Below are positions 30,292-39,561 of a stretch of DNA of 64,000 bases, piece by piece. Made by a program: the position numbers and the translations under genes. Below the pieces are notes generated by a model that had not been told where the DNA came from, searched no databases, and saw only the letters and a program-made list of their open reading frames with translations. The stretch is from Helicobacteraceae bacterium (GTDB taxonomy: Bacteria; Campylobacterota; Campylobacteria; Campylobacterales; SZUA-545). Position 1 is the first letter of the stretch. Every line of letters starts with the position of its first letter. The stretch lies in the NCBI GenBank assembly GCA_031268655.1, contig JAIRWX010000021.1:4303-68302 (forward strand). Direction: 5' to 3'.

Positions 30292-31562
30292 TACGCGCTC
30301 CTCGCGGCGGCGATCGTCTCGTCGATCATTTCATCGTTTACGGCAATTGAGATAAAGCCCGTTTCAAACTGGCTAGGAGCTAAATAAACGCCTTTTTTAA
30401 GCATGGCGCTATGGAATTTCACGAACCGCGCCGAGTCGCTCGCAAGCGCGTCGTCAAAATTGCGAACGGGTTTTTCGTTGAAAAAGAAGCCGAACATAGA
30501 GCCGCGAAACGCGGTTTCCAGCGCGACGCCTCTATCGTTTGCCGCCTCCTTAAAGCCGCGAACGAGCTTTGCCGCTCTCGCGCCCAGCGTTTCGTACAGA
30601 TTTGGCGTATCTATAATCGTTCTTAGCGTAGCTATGCCCGCCGCCATCGCCACCGGATTGCCGCTTAAGGTTCCGGCTTGATAGATTTTACCGATCGGGG
30701 AGAGATGGTCCATAACGGCTTGTTTGCCGCCGATCGCCGCGACGGGCAGCCCGCCGCCGATTACCTTGCCAAGCGTTACTATATCGGGGCGAACCCGCGT
30801 GAAACCGCACGCGCCGTTTTTAGCGGCGCGAAAGCCGCTCATCACCTCGTCGAAAATTAAGATCGCGCCGTATCTGTCGCAAAGCGCTCTTAAACCGCGC
30901 AAAAACGACTCTTCGGCTGGCACAAGCCCCATATTGCCGGCGATTGGCTCGATCGCTACGCACGCGATCTCGCCGCCGCGCTCGGCGAACAGTTTTTCCG
31001 CGCCCGCCGCGTCGTTGTATTCGGCGATCAAGGTATGTTTCGCCAGATCGAGCGGCACGCCCGGCGAGCTTGGCGCGCCGAATGTCGCCGCGCCGCTGCC
31101 CGCTTCCGCCAGCAGACTGTCGCTATGCCCGTGGTAGCACCCTCTGAACTTGACTATATCGGAGCGTCCGGTTACGCCGCGCGCCAGACGCAAAGCGGTC
31201 ATTACCGCCTCCGTTCCGGTGCTTACGAAACGCAGTTTCTCCAAAAAATCGTAAACCGAAAGTATCAGCTCCGCCAGCTCGTTCTCAAGCGTCGTCGGCG
31301 CGCCGAAACTTAAGCCTTTTCTCGCCGTCCGAACGACCGCCTCTATTACGGCTGGGTAGGCGTGTCCCAAGATAAGCGGACCCCAACTTTGCACAAAGTC
31401 GATATAGCGGTTATTCTCTATGTCGTAAATATAGCCGCCCTCGCCGCGATCGATAAACGGCGGAACGCCGCCGACGCTCTTAAACGCGCGTACGGGGCTG
31501 TTTACGCCGCCCGGAAAAAACCTGTTCGCCGTCTCAAACGCCGCCTGATTGCTCAAACCCAT
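30288..31562 (-). CDS. hemL: Glutamate-1-semialdehyde 2,1-aminomutase
   Basis: [12 protein letters not shown], a class III aminotransferase core, and TLGKVIGGG with the PLP lysine. The start is taken at MGLSNQAAF. Confidence 0.9.
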   Translation of the reverse strand: MGLSNQAAFETANRFFPGGVNSPVRAFKSVGGVPPFIDRGEGGYIYDIENNRYIDFVQSWGPLILGHAYPAVIEAVVRTARKGLSFGAPTTLENELAELILSVYDFLEKLRFVSTGTEAVMTALRLARGVTGRSDIVKFRGCYHGHSDSLLAEAGSGAATFGAPSSPGVPLDLAKHTLIAEYNDAAGAEKLFAERGGEIACVAIEPIAGNMGLVPAEESFLRGLRALCDRYGAILIFDEVMSGFRAAKNGACGFTRVRPDIVTLGKVIGGGLPVAAIGGKQAVMDHLSPIGKIYQAGTLSGNPVAMAAGIATLRTIIDTPNLYETLGARAAKLVRGFKEAANDRGVALETAFRGSMFGFFFNEKPVRNFDDALASDSARFVKFHSAMLKKGVYLAPSQFETGFISIAVNDEMIDETIAAARSAY

Positions 31563-31609
31563 TGACAAGTCCTCGATAGATGTCGTTATAGCCATAGAAC
31601 TTTTATCTA

Positions 31610-31618
31610 TGATAAAAT
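31610..31618 (+). promoter_or_regulatory. Extended -10 box TGATAAAAT upstream of the signalling operon
   Basis: The box fits TGnTAnAAT and sits in the hemL-divergent intergenic region, 16-34 nt before the candidate TTG starts at 31634 and 31652. Confidence 0.3.
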
Positions 31619-31633
31619 GCATTATATGATCGA

Positions 31634-32488
31634 TTGATTAAGGATTGTCGTTTGAAGCGTTTTTTTATTAGCCTGACGCTGATCGCTCTGAATCTTTTCG
31701 CGGACGATATCGACGAGCGCAAAACTATTCGCTTTGGCATCGCTCCGTTTAACTCCGCCTCCGGCATTGTGAAAACTCACCGCCCTTTGAGAGATTACTT
31801 GAGCGAGAAATTAGACGAGACCGTTACCATATACACCTCGGTCAACCATGAGAAGTTTTTGAGCGACGGAATTGAAAAACGTTTCGATATGATCGCCACT
31901 CCCGCTCACTTCGCCCCGTTTTTCTACGAAAAAGGCTATATCCCGCTGGTTAAGTACAAAACGCCGCTGGATTTTATTTTCGTCGTTCAAAAAGATAGTT
32001 CCATCAGAAAAATAAGCGATCTGAAGGGAAAACGAATCGGAATACCGGACTATCTTTCGCTCTACTACGTGGTCGGTTTACGCTGGTTAAAAGAGCGCGA
32101 GAATGAAATAGGCGGCGCGTACGCGCTGGTCGAGGAGCCAGGACACGCCGCCGCGATAGCGGCGGTCGCGGCGAATAAGATCGACGCGGCTATAACGGGA
32201 TCGCCGCCGTTTACGTTTTTGGAAGCAAACGTTCAATCTCGGCTCAGTTGGATAGAGCTGGAAAAGATCGAGCTTCCGTCGCTGATTACTATGGTTGACA
32301 AATCGCTGGGCGACGAGCGGATTGAAAAAATACGGGAGGCGCTTGAAACCTTTCACGCCACCGAGGCGGGCGCGGCATTTTTTCGCTCTTCAGGCTACAA
32401 CGGATACCTCAAGGCGACCAAAAAGGACGTAAACGCGGCGGATTCTTTCAAATACGACGTCGAGCGGGCGCTGAAGGATAAGCGATGA
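31634..32488 (+). CDS. Periplasmic substrate-binding protein, PhnD/phosphonate-ABC-like family, with no ABC partner genes
   Basis: Signal peptide ([16 protein letters not shown]), then [11 protein letters not shown] and a type 2 periplasmic-binding-protein-like layout. The TTG at 31652 after AGGA may be the true start. No permease or ATPase gene is nearby. Confidence 0.6.
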   Translation: MIKDCRLKRFFISLTLIALNLFADDIDERKTIRFGIAPFNSASGIVKTHRPLRDYLSEKLDETVTIYTSVNHEKFLSDGIEKRFDMIATPAHFAPFFYEKGYIPLVKYKTPLDFIFVVQKDSSIRKISDLKGKRIGIPDYLSLYYVVGLRWLKERENEIGGAYALVEEPGHAAAIAAVAANKIDAAITGSPPFTFLEANVQSRLSWIELEKIELPSLITMVDKSLGDERIEKIREALETFHATEAGAAFFRSSGYNGYLKATKKDVNAADSFKYDVERALKDKR

Positions 32489-34857
32489 CCGGTATCTGGA
32501 ACAACTCTATACGCGCCAGGCTGCTTGTCGGGATCGGGGCGATTTGCGTTATCGTTTTTATCGCTTCCACGATCAACGCCGCGCGCTTGACCAACAATAG
32601 CATGACAACAGAGTTCGACGCGAGAATTCGCGCGATAGAGCACGCCTATCACACCGCCGCGGTTGGACCGCTGATTATACGCGACTATGCGACGCTGCGC
32701 GATATTTTTGAAACTTTCGCCGAAGCCGAACACATAAACTATATTGTCGTCGCCGACGCGGACGACCTCTCCGTGGCGGCAATTGGCAGAGGTCTTAGCG
32801 ATCCGTTGCCGATAGCGGGCGTTTACGATCGGGACAACGCGCTGATCAAACGAATTCCCGTTGAGTTTGAGGGTCAGACCTACGGCTACCTGTACATCTC
32901 GTTTTCGACGACCTTCATCGCGGAAGCCAGAAAAAAAATGCTGGAACAAGGCGTAGCGATCAGCGCGATTGGATTGATCATAATGCTGGCGGGAGTAGGT
33001 ATTATCGTGTTTTACTTGACGCGCAGCTTGAAACTGCTTATATCGGCGGGACATAGGGTCGGCGAAGGCAAATTTGACACCCGCATCGCGTTTAGCGGCA
33101 AAGACGAGATTGCCGCGCTCGCGCATAGCTTCAACGTTATGGCGGATAAAGTTCAAACGCACATTTACGCTCTCAGAAGAAACGAACAGAGATTTCGCGC
33201 GATCGCCGACTACACCTACGCTTGGGAAAGCTGGTTTGGCGTGGACGGACAGCTTAAATGGGTCAATCCCGCGGTCGAGCGGATCGCCGGTTACACGCCG
33301 AGCGAATGTATGGGAATGGCTGATTTTCCGCTTCCGCTTACGCACCCGCACGATTTAATGATTGTCAAACGGCAGCGGCAGCAGGCGCAGAACGGACAGA
33401 GCGGGCAGGATTTAGAGTTCAGAATTCGCAATAAACGCGGACAGGACGCATGGGTCGCCGTCTCTTGGCAGCAGATCTTCGCCGAAGACGGCAGGAAGCT
33501 GGGCTACCGTTCCTCGATACGCGACATAACCGTCCAGCGCAACACGACGGAAGAGCTGATCTATCAAGCCGATCACGACTCGCTTACCGGTCTCAACAAT
33601 CGCCGCGCTTTCGAGCGACAGCTTAAAACTACGCTTGACTGGGCGCGAAACGATAAGCGATCGGTGACGGTTTTATATATCGATCTTGATCAGTTCAAAG
33701 TGATCAACGACGTAAGCGGACACGTGGCGGGCGATCAACTGCTAATCAACGTGGCAAAGCTGCTGGCAAGTCATACCTCCTACGGATTTTTCTCTCGAAT
33801 GGGCGGAGACGAGTTTGCGATTTTGTTCCGCGATCTGGACTACGCGGAGGCTATGCGGCGCGCCAACGCCATTATAGACGAGATGCGCGGCTACATTTTT
33901 GTCTTCGGCGGTCGGACGTTTAAGATCGGCGTGTCGATCGGCGTCGTTATCGCCAGCGTCAACGTCAATACCTTAACGAAAATTCTTATTGCCGCCGACA
34001 CCGCCTGCTACGCCGCCAAAGAACGCGGCAGGAATCAGGCGGTCTTTTACGACGAAAGCGACGAATACTTCAAAATCCGCAACGAAGAGTTTAGCTCCGT
34101 AACCAATATCAACACGGCTCTGGCGCAGGGACGCTTTATGCTCTATTTTCAGCGCGTCGAGCCGATCAAAGACAACGAGACCAAGCATGCGGAGATACTG
34201 ATTCGACTAAGAGACTCAAGCGGCGCTATTCAAACGCCGGATCGATTCATCGGCGCCGCCGAGCGGTTTAATCTGATGCCCTATATCGATCGCTGGGTGG
34301 TGGACAGCGTTTGCCGCCAGATAGCGGAGTGGGACGCAAACGGCGTTATTTACGACGTGTATCGCTTCGCGATCAACGTTTCGGGCGCGAGTATTTCGGA
34401 CAGGGATTTTCCAGAATACGTAGCCGGTCGCATAAAAAAATATGGGATCAAACCCGATCGGCTGGTCTTTGAGATTACGGAATCCTGCGCCGTTACGCAG
34501 GTGGATCTCGCGCAGATCTTTATCGATCAGATGCACCAGTCAAACGCCTATTTGGCGCTGGACGATTTCGGAAGCGGTCTGTCGTCGTTTGCCTACCTGA
34601 AACAGTTTAAGGTGGACTATCTCAAAATAGACGGCAGATTCGTCAAAAATATCGACAAAGACAAATACGATCGCGCCGTCGTGGAATCGATGATCCAGCT
34701 TGCCAACGCATACGACTTGAAAACCGTCGCCGAATATGTGTGGAGCGACGACATTTATAAGATTGTCCGCGAGCTTGGCGTAACCTACGCGCAAGGATAT
34801 GCGTGCCATATTCCCGAACCGCTGATCAATCTTGCCGCAAGCGAGGAACGGCTATGA
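32485..34857 (+). CDS. Transmembrane sensor: TM-periplasmic domain-TM-HAMP-PAS-GGDEF-EAL
   Basis: Two TM helices flank about 140 aa, followed by HAMP (EIAALAHSFNVMADKV) and PAS. The GGDEF motif is intact (RMGGDEF). The EAL domain has EILIR and DDFGSGLSSFAYLKQF. The ATG overlaps the upstream stop (ATGA). Confidence 0.85.
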   Translation: MTGIWNNSIRARLLVGIGAICVIVFIASTINAARLTNNSMTTEFDARIRAIEHAYHTAAVGPLIIRDYATLRDIFETFAEAEHINYIVVADADDLSVAAIGRGLSDPLPIAGVYDRDNALIKRIPVEFEGQTYGYLYISFSTTFIAEARKKMLEQGVAISAIGLIIMLAGVGIIVFYLTRSLKLLISAGHRVGEGKFDTRIAFSGKDEIAALAHSFNVMADKVQTHIYALRRNEQRFRAIADYTYAWESWFGVDGQLKWVNPAVERIAGYTPSECMGMADFPLPLTHPHDLMIVKRQRQQAQNGQSGQDLEFRIRNKRGQDAWVAVSWQQIFAEDGRKLGYRSSIRDITVQRNTTEELIYQADHDSLTGLNNRRAFERQLKTTLDWARNDKRSVTVLYIDLDQFKVINDVSGHVAGDQLLINVAKLLASHTSYGFFSRMGGDEFAILFRDLDYAEAMRRANAIIDEMRGYIFVFGGRTFKIGVSIGVVIASVNVNTLTKILIAADTACYAAKERGRNQAVFYDESDEYFKIRNEEFSSVTNINTALAQGRFMLYFQRVEPIKDNETKHAEILIRLRDSSGAIQTPDRFIGAAERFNLMPYIDRWVVDSVCRQIAEWDANGVIYDVYRFAINVSGASISDRDFPEYVAGRIKKYGIKPDRLVFEITESCAVTQVDLAQIFIDQMHQSNAYLALDDFGSGLSSFAYLKQFKVDYLKIDGRFVKNIDKDKYDRAVVESMIQLANAYDLKTVAEYVWSDDIYKIVRELGVTYAQGYACHIPEPLINLAASEERL

Positions 34858-36962
34858 AAAACGCTCGCGCTAAATTTTTTAAAACTATCAGACTAGGCGG
34901 TTCAAACAAGGGCGCTATGGAGACCCTGCTGTTTGATCGCTGCCCTTTGCCCGCGTGCGTCGCCAAAGCCGACGACGGACGATTTCTTGCGATCAACGAC
35001 GCTTTTGCGAAACTATTCAAACTTGATCGGGACAACATATCAAAGATTAGCGTCCGCGACTTAAATCTCTGGATCGACAACAGAGTCGCGTCGGATTTCG
35101 TAAACGAAACGAGCGTAAGCGGACAGGCGACGAAGTTTGTCGTAGAGGTTGGCGGCGACGAAAAGAGAGACCTATACGAGATTTCTTCCGAGATTGTCGC
35201 GGTTAGTTCCGAGCGCGCGGTCGTCTCTTATTTGACCAATATAACCGATAAAAAGGCGCTCGACCTGAATTGCGATCAAATTTCCAAGCGATTCAACGAA
35301 CTGACCGACGTAATAAACGACTCCTATTTCCGCTGCGACGCAAGCGGCAAATTTACCAAAGTAAATCTCGCGTTCTGCGCGTTGCTCGGATACAGCGAAT
35401 ATGAACTGATTTCGACCTCTATAGACGGCATTTTGTCCTCCGGTCAGTATAAGCGCGATATAGAGACGCTGTATGCGAGAGAGGGCGATCGCGGCTACGC
35501 CGAGCCGATCGCGCAGGAGTGGATCAAAAGAGATAAAACCGCAGCGCAGATGGAGGTTTGCCTATTCGTATCTAAAAACGACAGAGGCGAACCAAACGGC
35601 TTCTGGGGCGTGGCAAGAGAAACAAACGAGCGCGTTAATATCGCGGAGGAAGAGGCGCTCAGGTACAACATGTATCACGATCCGCTAACCGAGCTGCCTA
35701 ACCGCTCGTGGCTTATCGATCGTCTTTACAGAATGACTAAACGCTCGCGCATCGCCGACGAGCAGATCGCGCTTTTATTTGTGGACGTATCAAAGTTCAG
35801 ACTTATTAACGACGCGCACGGCTATCTTTTTGGCGATTCGGCGCTTAAGGAGATCGCGAGGCTGATGGAATCGACGCTTAGATCGACGGACCTGCTTGTC
35901 CGCTTTGGCGGCGACGAATTTGCGATCGCGGTCTGCGCGCAACCAATCAATCGAAGCGCTTTCAGCGTTATAAGAAGATTGCTGCGCCTGTTCGACAAGC
36001 CGATCGCGATCAAGGACAAGCAGATTACGCTTTCGGCGCATATAGGCGTTAGCGTTTTCCCCAACGACAGCGCCGACGCGGATTCGCTGATCGCAAACGC
36101 TAAAGAGGCTTTGGCAAAAATTTCGACGAAAAACGAAAGCGCGTTCCATTTCATATCCGCCGAATTCGACAAACAATTTCACGAACGGATCGAGCTGGAA
36201 AAAGCGTTCGGAAACGCGCTCGCATCCAACGAGATCATCGCTTGCTACCAGCCGATCAACGAGTTTTCAGCGGACGGCAAACCGCGCCTTATAGGCTTGG
36301 AGGCGTATGTCAGATGGCTAAGTCCTACCTTTGGCGAATTAGCGCCAGACAACTTTATGGATATGGCGGAGGAGCTTGGCTTGGCGACCGATATCGATCG
36401 TAAAATATATGAGATTGCGTTAAGCAACCTATCGGAATGGATTAAAGAGGGACTATCGATCAAAGTTACCGTTAATCTGTCAAAAAACTCGCTTGAAGAC
36501 TCATCGTTTGCCAAGTGGGCGATCACTCTGGCGCAAAAGAAAAATATTGATCCGAAGCTGATATGTTTCGACGCGCGATACGGCTACTTTGTCAATGCGG
36601 AACGGGTGATTTACAAAACCGTTTCGCAGTTAAGCGAGGCGGGTTTTTACTTTTGCGCGGACGATTTCGGCGAAGGTATACTTCTGCTGGCGCGATTAAA
36701 ACAGATCGGGATTAACGCCGTCAAAATCGCGCCCAAACGGCTGCTGTTAATAAAAGAGTATGAAAACGACGAGTTTAACTCCCTGCGCTCGATAGAGCTT
36801 GCGGCGCGAACGATGGGATTCGAGTTTGCCGTCGCGGGCGTGGAGAGCGAATGGCTGGATCGTAAAGTCGGCGCGGCGGGCGCGAACATAAGGCAGGGCT
36901 TTTTGTACTCAAAGCCGCTTAACCCCAAAGAAGTAAAACAATACGCGCAAGGACTGAAATGA
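34854..36962 (+). CDS. Cytoplasmic PAS-PAS-GGDEF-EAL protein
   Basis: The GGDEF motif is intact (RFGGDEF), preceded by an RSTD I-site-like RxxD. The EAL domain has variant motifs EAYVR and DDFGEGILLL. ATGA overlaps occur at both ends. Confidence 0.85.
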   Translation: MKNARAKFFKTIRLGGSNKGAMETLLFDRCPLPACVAKADDGRFLAINDAFAKLFKLDRDNISKISVRDLNLWIDNRVASDFVNETSVSGQATKFVVEVGGDEKRDLYEISSEIVAVSSERAVVSYLTNITDKKALDLNCDQISKRFNELTDVINDSYFRCDASGKFTKVNLAFCALLGYSEYELISTSIDGILSSGQYKRDIETLYAREGDRGYAEPIAQEWIKRDKTAAQMEVCLFVSKNDRGEPNGFWGVARETNERVNIAEEEALRYNMYHDPLTELPNRSWLIDRLYRMTKRSRIADEQIALLFVDVSKFRLINDAHGYLFGDSALKEIARLMESTLRSTDLLVRFGGDEFAIAVCAQPINRSAFSVIRRLLRLFDKPIAIKDKQITLSAHIGVSVFPNDSADADSLIANAKEALAKISTKNESAFHFISAEFDKQFHERIELEKAFGNALASNEIIACYQPINEFSADGKPRLIGLEAYVRWLSPTFGELAPDNFMDMAEELGLATDIDRKIYEIALSNLSEWIKEGLSIKVTVNLSKNSLEDSSFAKWAITLAQKKNIDPKLICFDARYGYFVNAERVIYKTVSQLSEAGFYFCADDFGEGILLLARLKQIGINAVKIAPKRLLLIKEYENDEFNSLRSIELAARTMGFEFAVAGVESEWLDRKVGAAGANIRQGFLYSKPLNPKEVKQYAQGLK

Positions 36963-37519
36963 GTTTGCACTCGTCGTTTAACCTGCCGCCAAAGGTGTGG
37001 CGCAGAACCCCAATCGGCAAATATCTAAGGCTGATTCCGCGCAAGAAACAGCTAAAAGGTACTTGGCTGCATAGAAAGCTGGGCGACAAGCTGCTAAGAA
37101 CCGAATATTGGGAGCCTAGTATAGAGTCGATCTCCAAAGGTTTTGCCATTGGTTCTTTCTGGGCGATGATTCCAATGCCCTTTCAAATGGTCCCAAGCGG
37201 AATATGCGCCGTCTTGTTTCGCGCAAACGTGCCGCTGGCGCTGCTTGGCGTATGGGTTACAAACCCGATAACGCACCCGTTTGTGATGGTTTTTCAGCTA
37301 TTCTTGGGAGAGTGGCTGCTAAACGCGCCAAGCTCGTTGAACGTTTTAGAAAATCAAGGATTTATAGCTCTTTTGCATCACGCGCCCGCGCCGTTTTTAA
37401 CCGGCGTGCTTGTATGCGCCGTAGTCTGGTCGACCGCGGGATTTTTCATATCGCGGCTATGTTACAAAATAGCGACCGCTCTGATCGCCAAATCCTACGA
37501 AAGGCGACGCGCCAGATGA
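36959..37519 (+). CDS. DUF2062-family membrane protein
   Basis: KGFAIGSFWAMIPMPFQMVPSGICAVLFRANVPLALLGVWVTNPITHP fits the DUF2062 pattern as I remember it. Confidence 0.6.
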   Translation: MSLHSSFNLPPKVWRRTPIGKYLRLIPRKKQLKGTWLHRKLGDKLLRTEYWEPSIESISKGFAIGSFWAMIPMPFQMVPSGICAVLFRANVPLALLGVWVTNPITHPFVMVFQLFLGEWLLNAPSSLNVLENQGFIALLHHAPAPFLTGVLVCAVVWSTAGFFISRLCYKIATALIAKSYERRRAR

Positions 37520-37728
37520 AAGCTTTTATGCTCGCGGCATGCGCGGCGGCGCTTTGCGGCTGCGTCGGCTTCAACGAATGCGGCGTCTCTTCAAGTTACT
37601 ACGGCGACTGCGTAGAGGGCTACGACGCGCAAGGCGCGTATTTCAAAAAATGCCCGCATAACAACATATACGATAGTTGCAAGCAAGACAAAGAGTTAGA
37701 TTTTGAGGACTGCCTGAATTGCAACTAG
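37516..37728 (+). CDS. Small Cys-rich lipoprotein (70 aa)
   Basis: An internal ATG overlaps the DUF2062 stop (ATGA). The product starts MKAFMLAACAAALCGC (signal plus lipobox) and the mature part has 7 further cysteines, ending in CLNCN. Confidence 0.5.
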   Translation: MKAFMLAACAAALCGCVGFNECGVSSSYYGDCVEGYDAQGAYFKKCPHNNIYDSCKQDKELDFEDCLNCN

Positions 37729-38567
37729 AGCCGCGCTTCGACGCGCTATTTGGGGCGATCAAGGCGCTAAATCCCCGCGTAACGGACGTTGAGATAGGCG
37801 ACATTATTCGCGTTCAAACCGACAAAGCCGAAAATTACGAGCCGCTTGCGAAATCGCTTAAACCTTGGCGCAAAGGTCCGTTTATGATCGACGATCTGTT
37901 GATTGACAGCGAGTGGAGAAGCTACGTTAAATACAATCTGATCGCGCCGCGCCTCTGTCTGGAAAATAAAAGCGCGTTGGATCTGGGTTGCAACAACGGC
38001 TACTATCTTTTAAGAATGTACGAGCTAAAGCCACGCGAGCTGTTTGGCTTTGATCCAAGCGAGCGGTTTTTTCTGCAGTTTTCGTTTATCAACCGATTTT
38101 TGAACGCGCCGATCGACTATTTTCTAAAAGGCGCGCAAAACTTAGACGAATTTTTGGAGCGTTTTGATACGATCGTATGTCTGGGCGTTTTGTATCACAG
38201 AAGCGATCCGATCGCGACGCTCAGAGCGATTAACGGCGCGCTAAGAAAAGGCGGCGAGCTGATTTTGGACACGCTGATTATAGAAAACGAAGCGAGCGTC
38301 GCGTTCACGCCTTGGAAACGCTACGCAAAGATGTCCAACGTTTGGTTTATCCCAAGCCTTAAAGCGCTGGGAGCATGGCTTGAAAGAACCGGTTTTTGCG
38401 ATATAGAAACGATTGCCATAAAGCCTACGAATAGCAGCGAACAACGCAAAACCGACTGGATCGACGGGGAAAGTCTGGACGATTTTTTAGACCCCGACGA
38501 CAAAAGTCGCGCGATCGAGGGGTACGCCGCTCCCGTTCGCGCTTACCTGCGCGCAGCAAAACGATAA
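37719..38567 (+). CDS. cmoB: tRNA U34 carboxymethyltransferase CmoB
   Basis: LKPWRKGPFMIDDLLIDSEWRSYVKYN signature and the SAM-MTase motif LDLGCNNGYY. Confidence 0.85.
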   Translation: MQLEPRFDALFGAIKALNPRVTDVEIGDIIRVQTDKAENYEPLAKSLKPWRKGPFMIDDLLIDSEWRSYVKYNLIAPRLCLENKSALDLGCNNGYYLLRMYELKPRELFGFDPSERFFLQFSFINRFLNAPIDYFLKGAQNLDEFLERFDTIVCLGVLYHRSDPIATLRAINGALRKGGELILDTLIIENEASVAFTPWKRYAKMSNVWFIPSLKALGAWLERTGFCDIETIAIKPTNSSEQRKTDWIDGESLDDFLDPDDKSRAIEGYAAPVRAYLRAAKR

Positions 38568-38577
38568 AGGAAAAACG

Positions 38578-39054
38578 ATGGCGGAAGAGACGGCGGAAGA
38601 AGAACTTGGCGAGGAGAAGCGTTCGACTCGAACGGACGCGGGCAAAGAACGTTTAGAGCTTAAAGCCTACAATCTGATCAATCAGGAGTTATGCGGATAC
38701 GTGGAAGAGATTCAAGACGGATACGCGAAAGTCCGCTTGATCGCCTCGGACGATATGGTTGTGGACAAGCGCGGTCTGATTCATTCGGGCTTTATTTTCT
38801 GCGCGGCGAATTTTGCGGCGGCGGCGGCGATCAACAAGCCAAACGTGCTATTGGCGGCGGCGCGTTGCAATTTTCTCGCGCCGCTTAAGGTCGGGGACGA
38901 AGTGGTGTTTGAAGCCTCCTCGATGCAAAATGCGACCAGAAAGCGCGTCGTAACCGTCTCGGGGTTAATCGGCAAGATCAAGGTGTTCGACGGCGAGTTT
39001 TCCGCGGTGGTAACGGAAAAGCATGCCCTAAGTTTGAATATAATGGATCAGTAA
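38578..39054 (+). CDS. Hotdog-fold thioesterase (PaaI-like)
   Basis: 158 aa with a GLIHSGFIFCAANFAAAAA hotdog helix region and an acidic N-terminal extension. Confidence 0.6.
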   Translation: MAEETAEEELGEEKRSTRTDAGKERLELKAYNLINQELCGYVEEIQDGYAKVRLIASDDMVVDKRGLIHSGFIFCAANFAAAAAINKPNVLLAAARCNFLAPLKVGDEVVFEASSMQNATRKRVVTVSGLIGKIKVFDGEFSAVVTEKHALSLNIMDQ

Positions 39055-39120
39055 CGTTGGCTTGCCTCTTACGCGCAAAGCGCAAGGGGTTTTATGAAAC
39101 GCAAGGCTACAGAACTTGAC

Positions 39121-39169
39121 GCAAAATGCGGCTAGAAAGCGCGTCGTAATCCTTGCGGGCTTGATTGTC
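39121..39169 (+). pseudogene. Diverged partial duplicate of the thioesterase gene 3-prime region
   Basis: About 38 of 49 nt are identical to 38925-38973. The translations are QNAARKRVVILAGLIV versus QNATRKRVVTVSGLIG. Confidence 0.4.
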
Positions 39170-39317
39170 CCGCCTTGTAAACGCGACGCGACGTTAATAA
39201 GATTTATTCCGCGCCTGCGGCAATTTTGTCAAATACCTTCTAAAATTTCTCCCGTCCCCTTACAAATTATGCGGCGCGATCAAAGATTAAAATTTAGGGG
39301 ATTGCGTCGCCCGATAG

Positions 39318-39560
39318 CTAATTCGTTAAGCGGACTAGATTGATCGCGCCCGTTATATCGTCAAAGCTTTTTTTGCCGGCCGCCGCGATCTTCCTGTATT
39401 CGTTTTCCCAACGGACGGGCTGTCCCCTGTCTTGAAGTATCCTCAGCGCGGATACGGGCAGCTGATCGCCGTAATAGTAGCGGTAGTGCGTTCTCGCTTC
39501 CTCGCGGCTTGTCTCGCTCTCCGTTATCGCTTCCTGTAACGATTCCCATAAATCTATCAA
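39318..39560 (-). pseudogene. Portal-protein-like N-terminal fragment (80 aa)
   Basis: YRYYYGDQLPVSALRILQDRGQPVRWENEYRKI resembles the YYxGxQW...L..RGQP...N..I motif near the N-terminus of several phage portal families. The ORF stops after 80 aa and there is no continuation in any frame. Confidence 0.35.
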
Positions 39561-39561
39561 C

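Noticed and set aside
32395-33351. Long antisense ORFs in the six-frame track. Examples: 318 aa at 32395-33351 (-), 209 aa at 5410-6039 (-), 206 aa at 17869-18489 (+), 194 aa at 25633-26217 (+), 190 aa at 28119-28691 (+), 165 aa at 20748-21245 (-), 173 aa at 39754-40275 (+).
   Set aside because: Each lies entirely inside and opposite a gene with strong family motifs. Their products are Arg/Ala/Gly-rich with no motifs, which is the usual shadow-ORF pattern in GC-rich coding DNA.
39116-39343. 75-aa plus-strand ORF between the thioesterase gene and the portal-like stub.
   Set aside because: It has a TTG start with no ribosome-binding site. Its only recognisable content is the diverged copy of the thioesterase 3-prime region, so it is better explained as a gene-fragment scar than as a gene.
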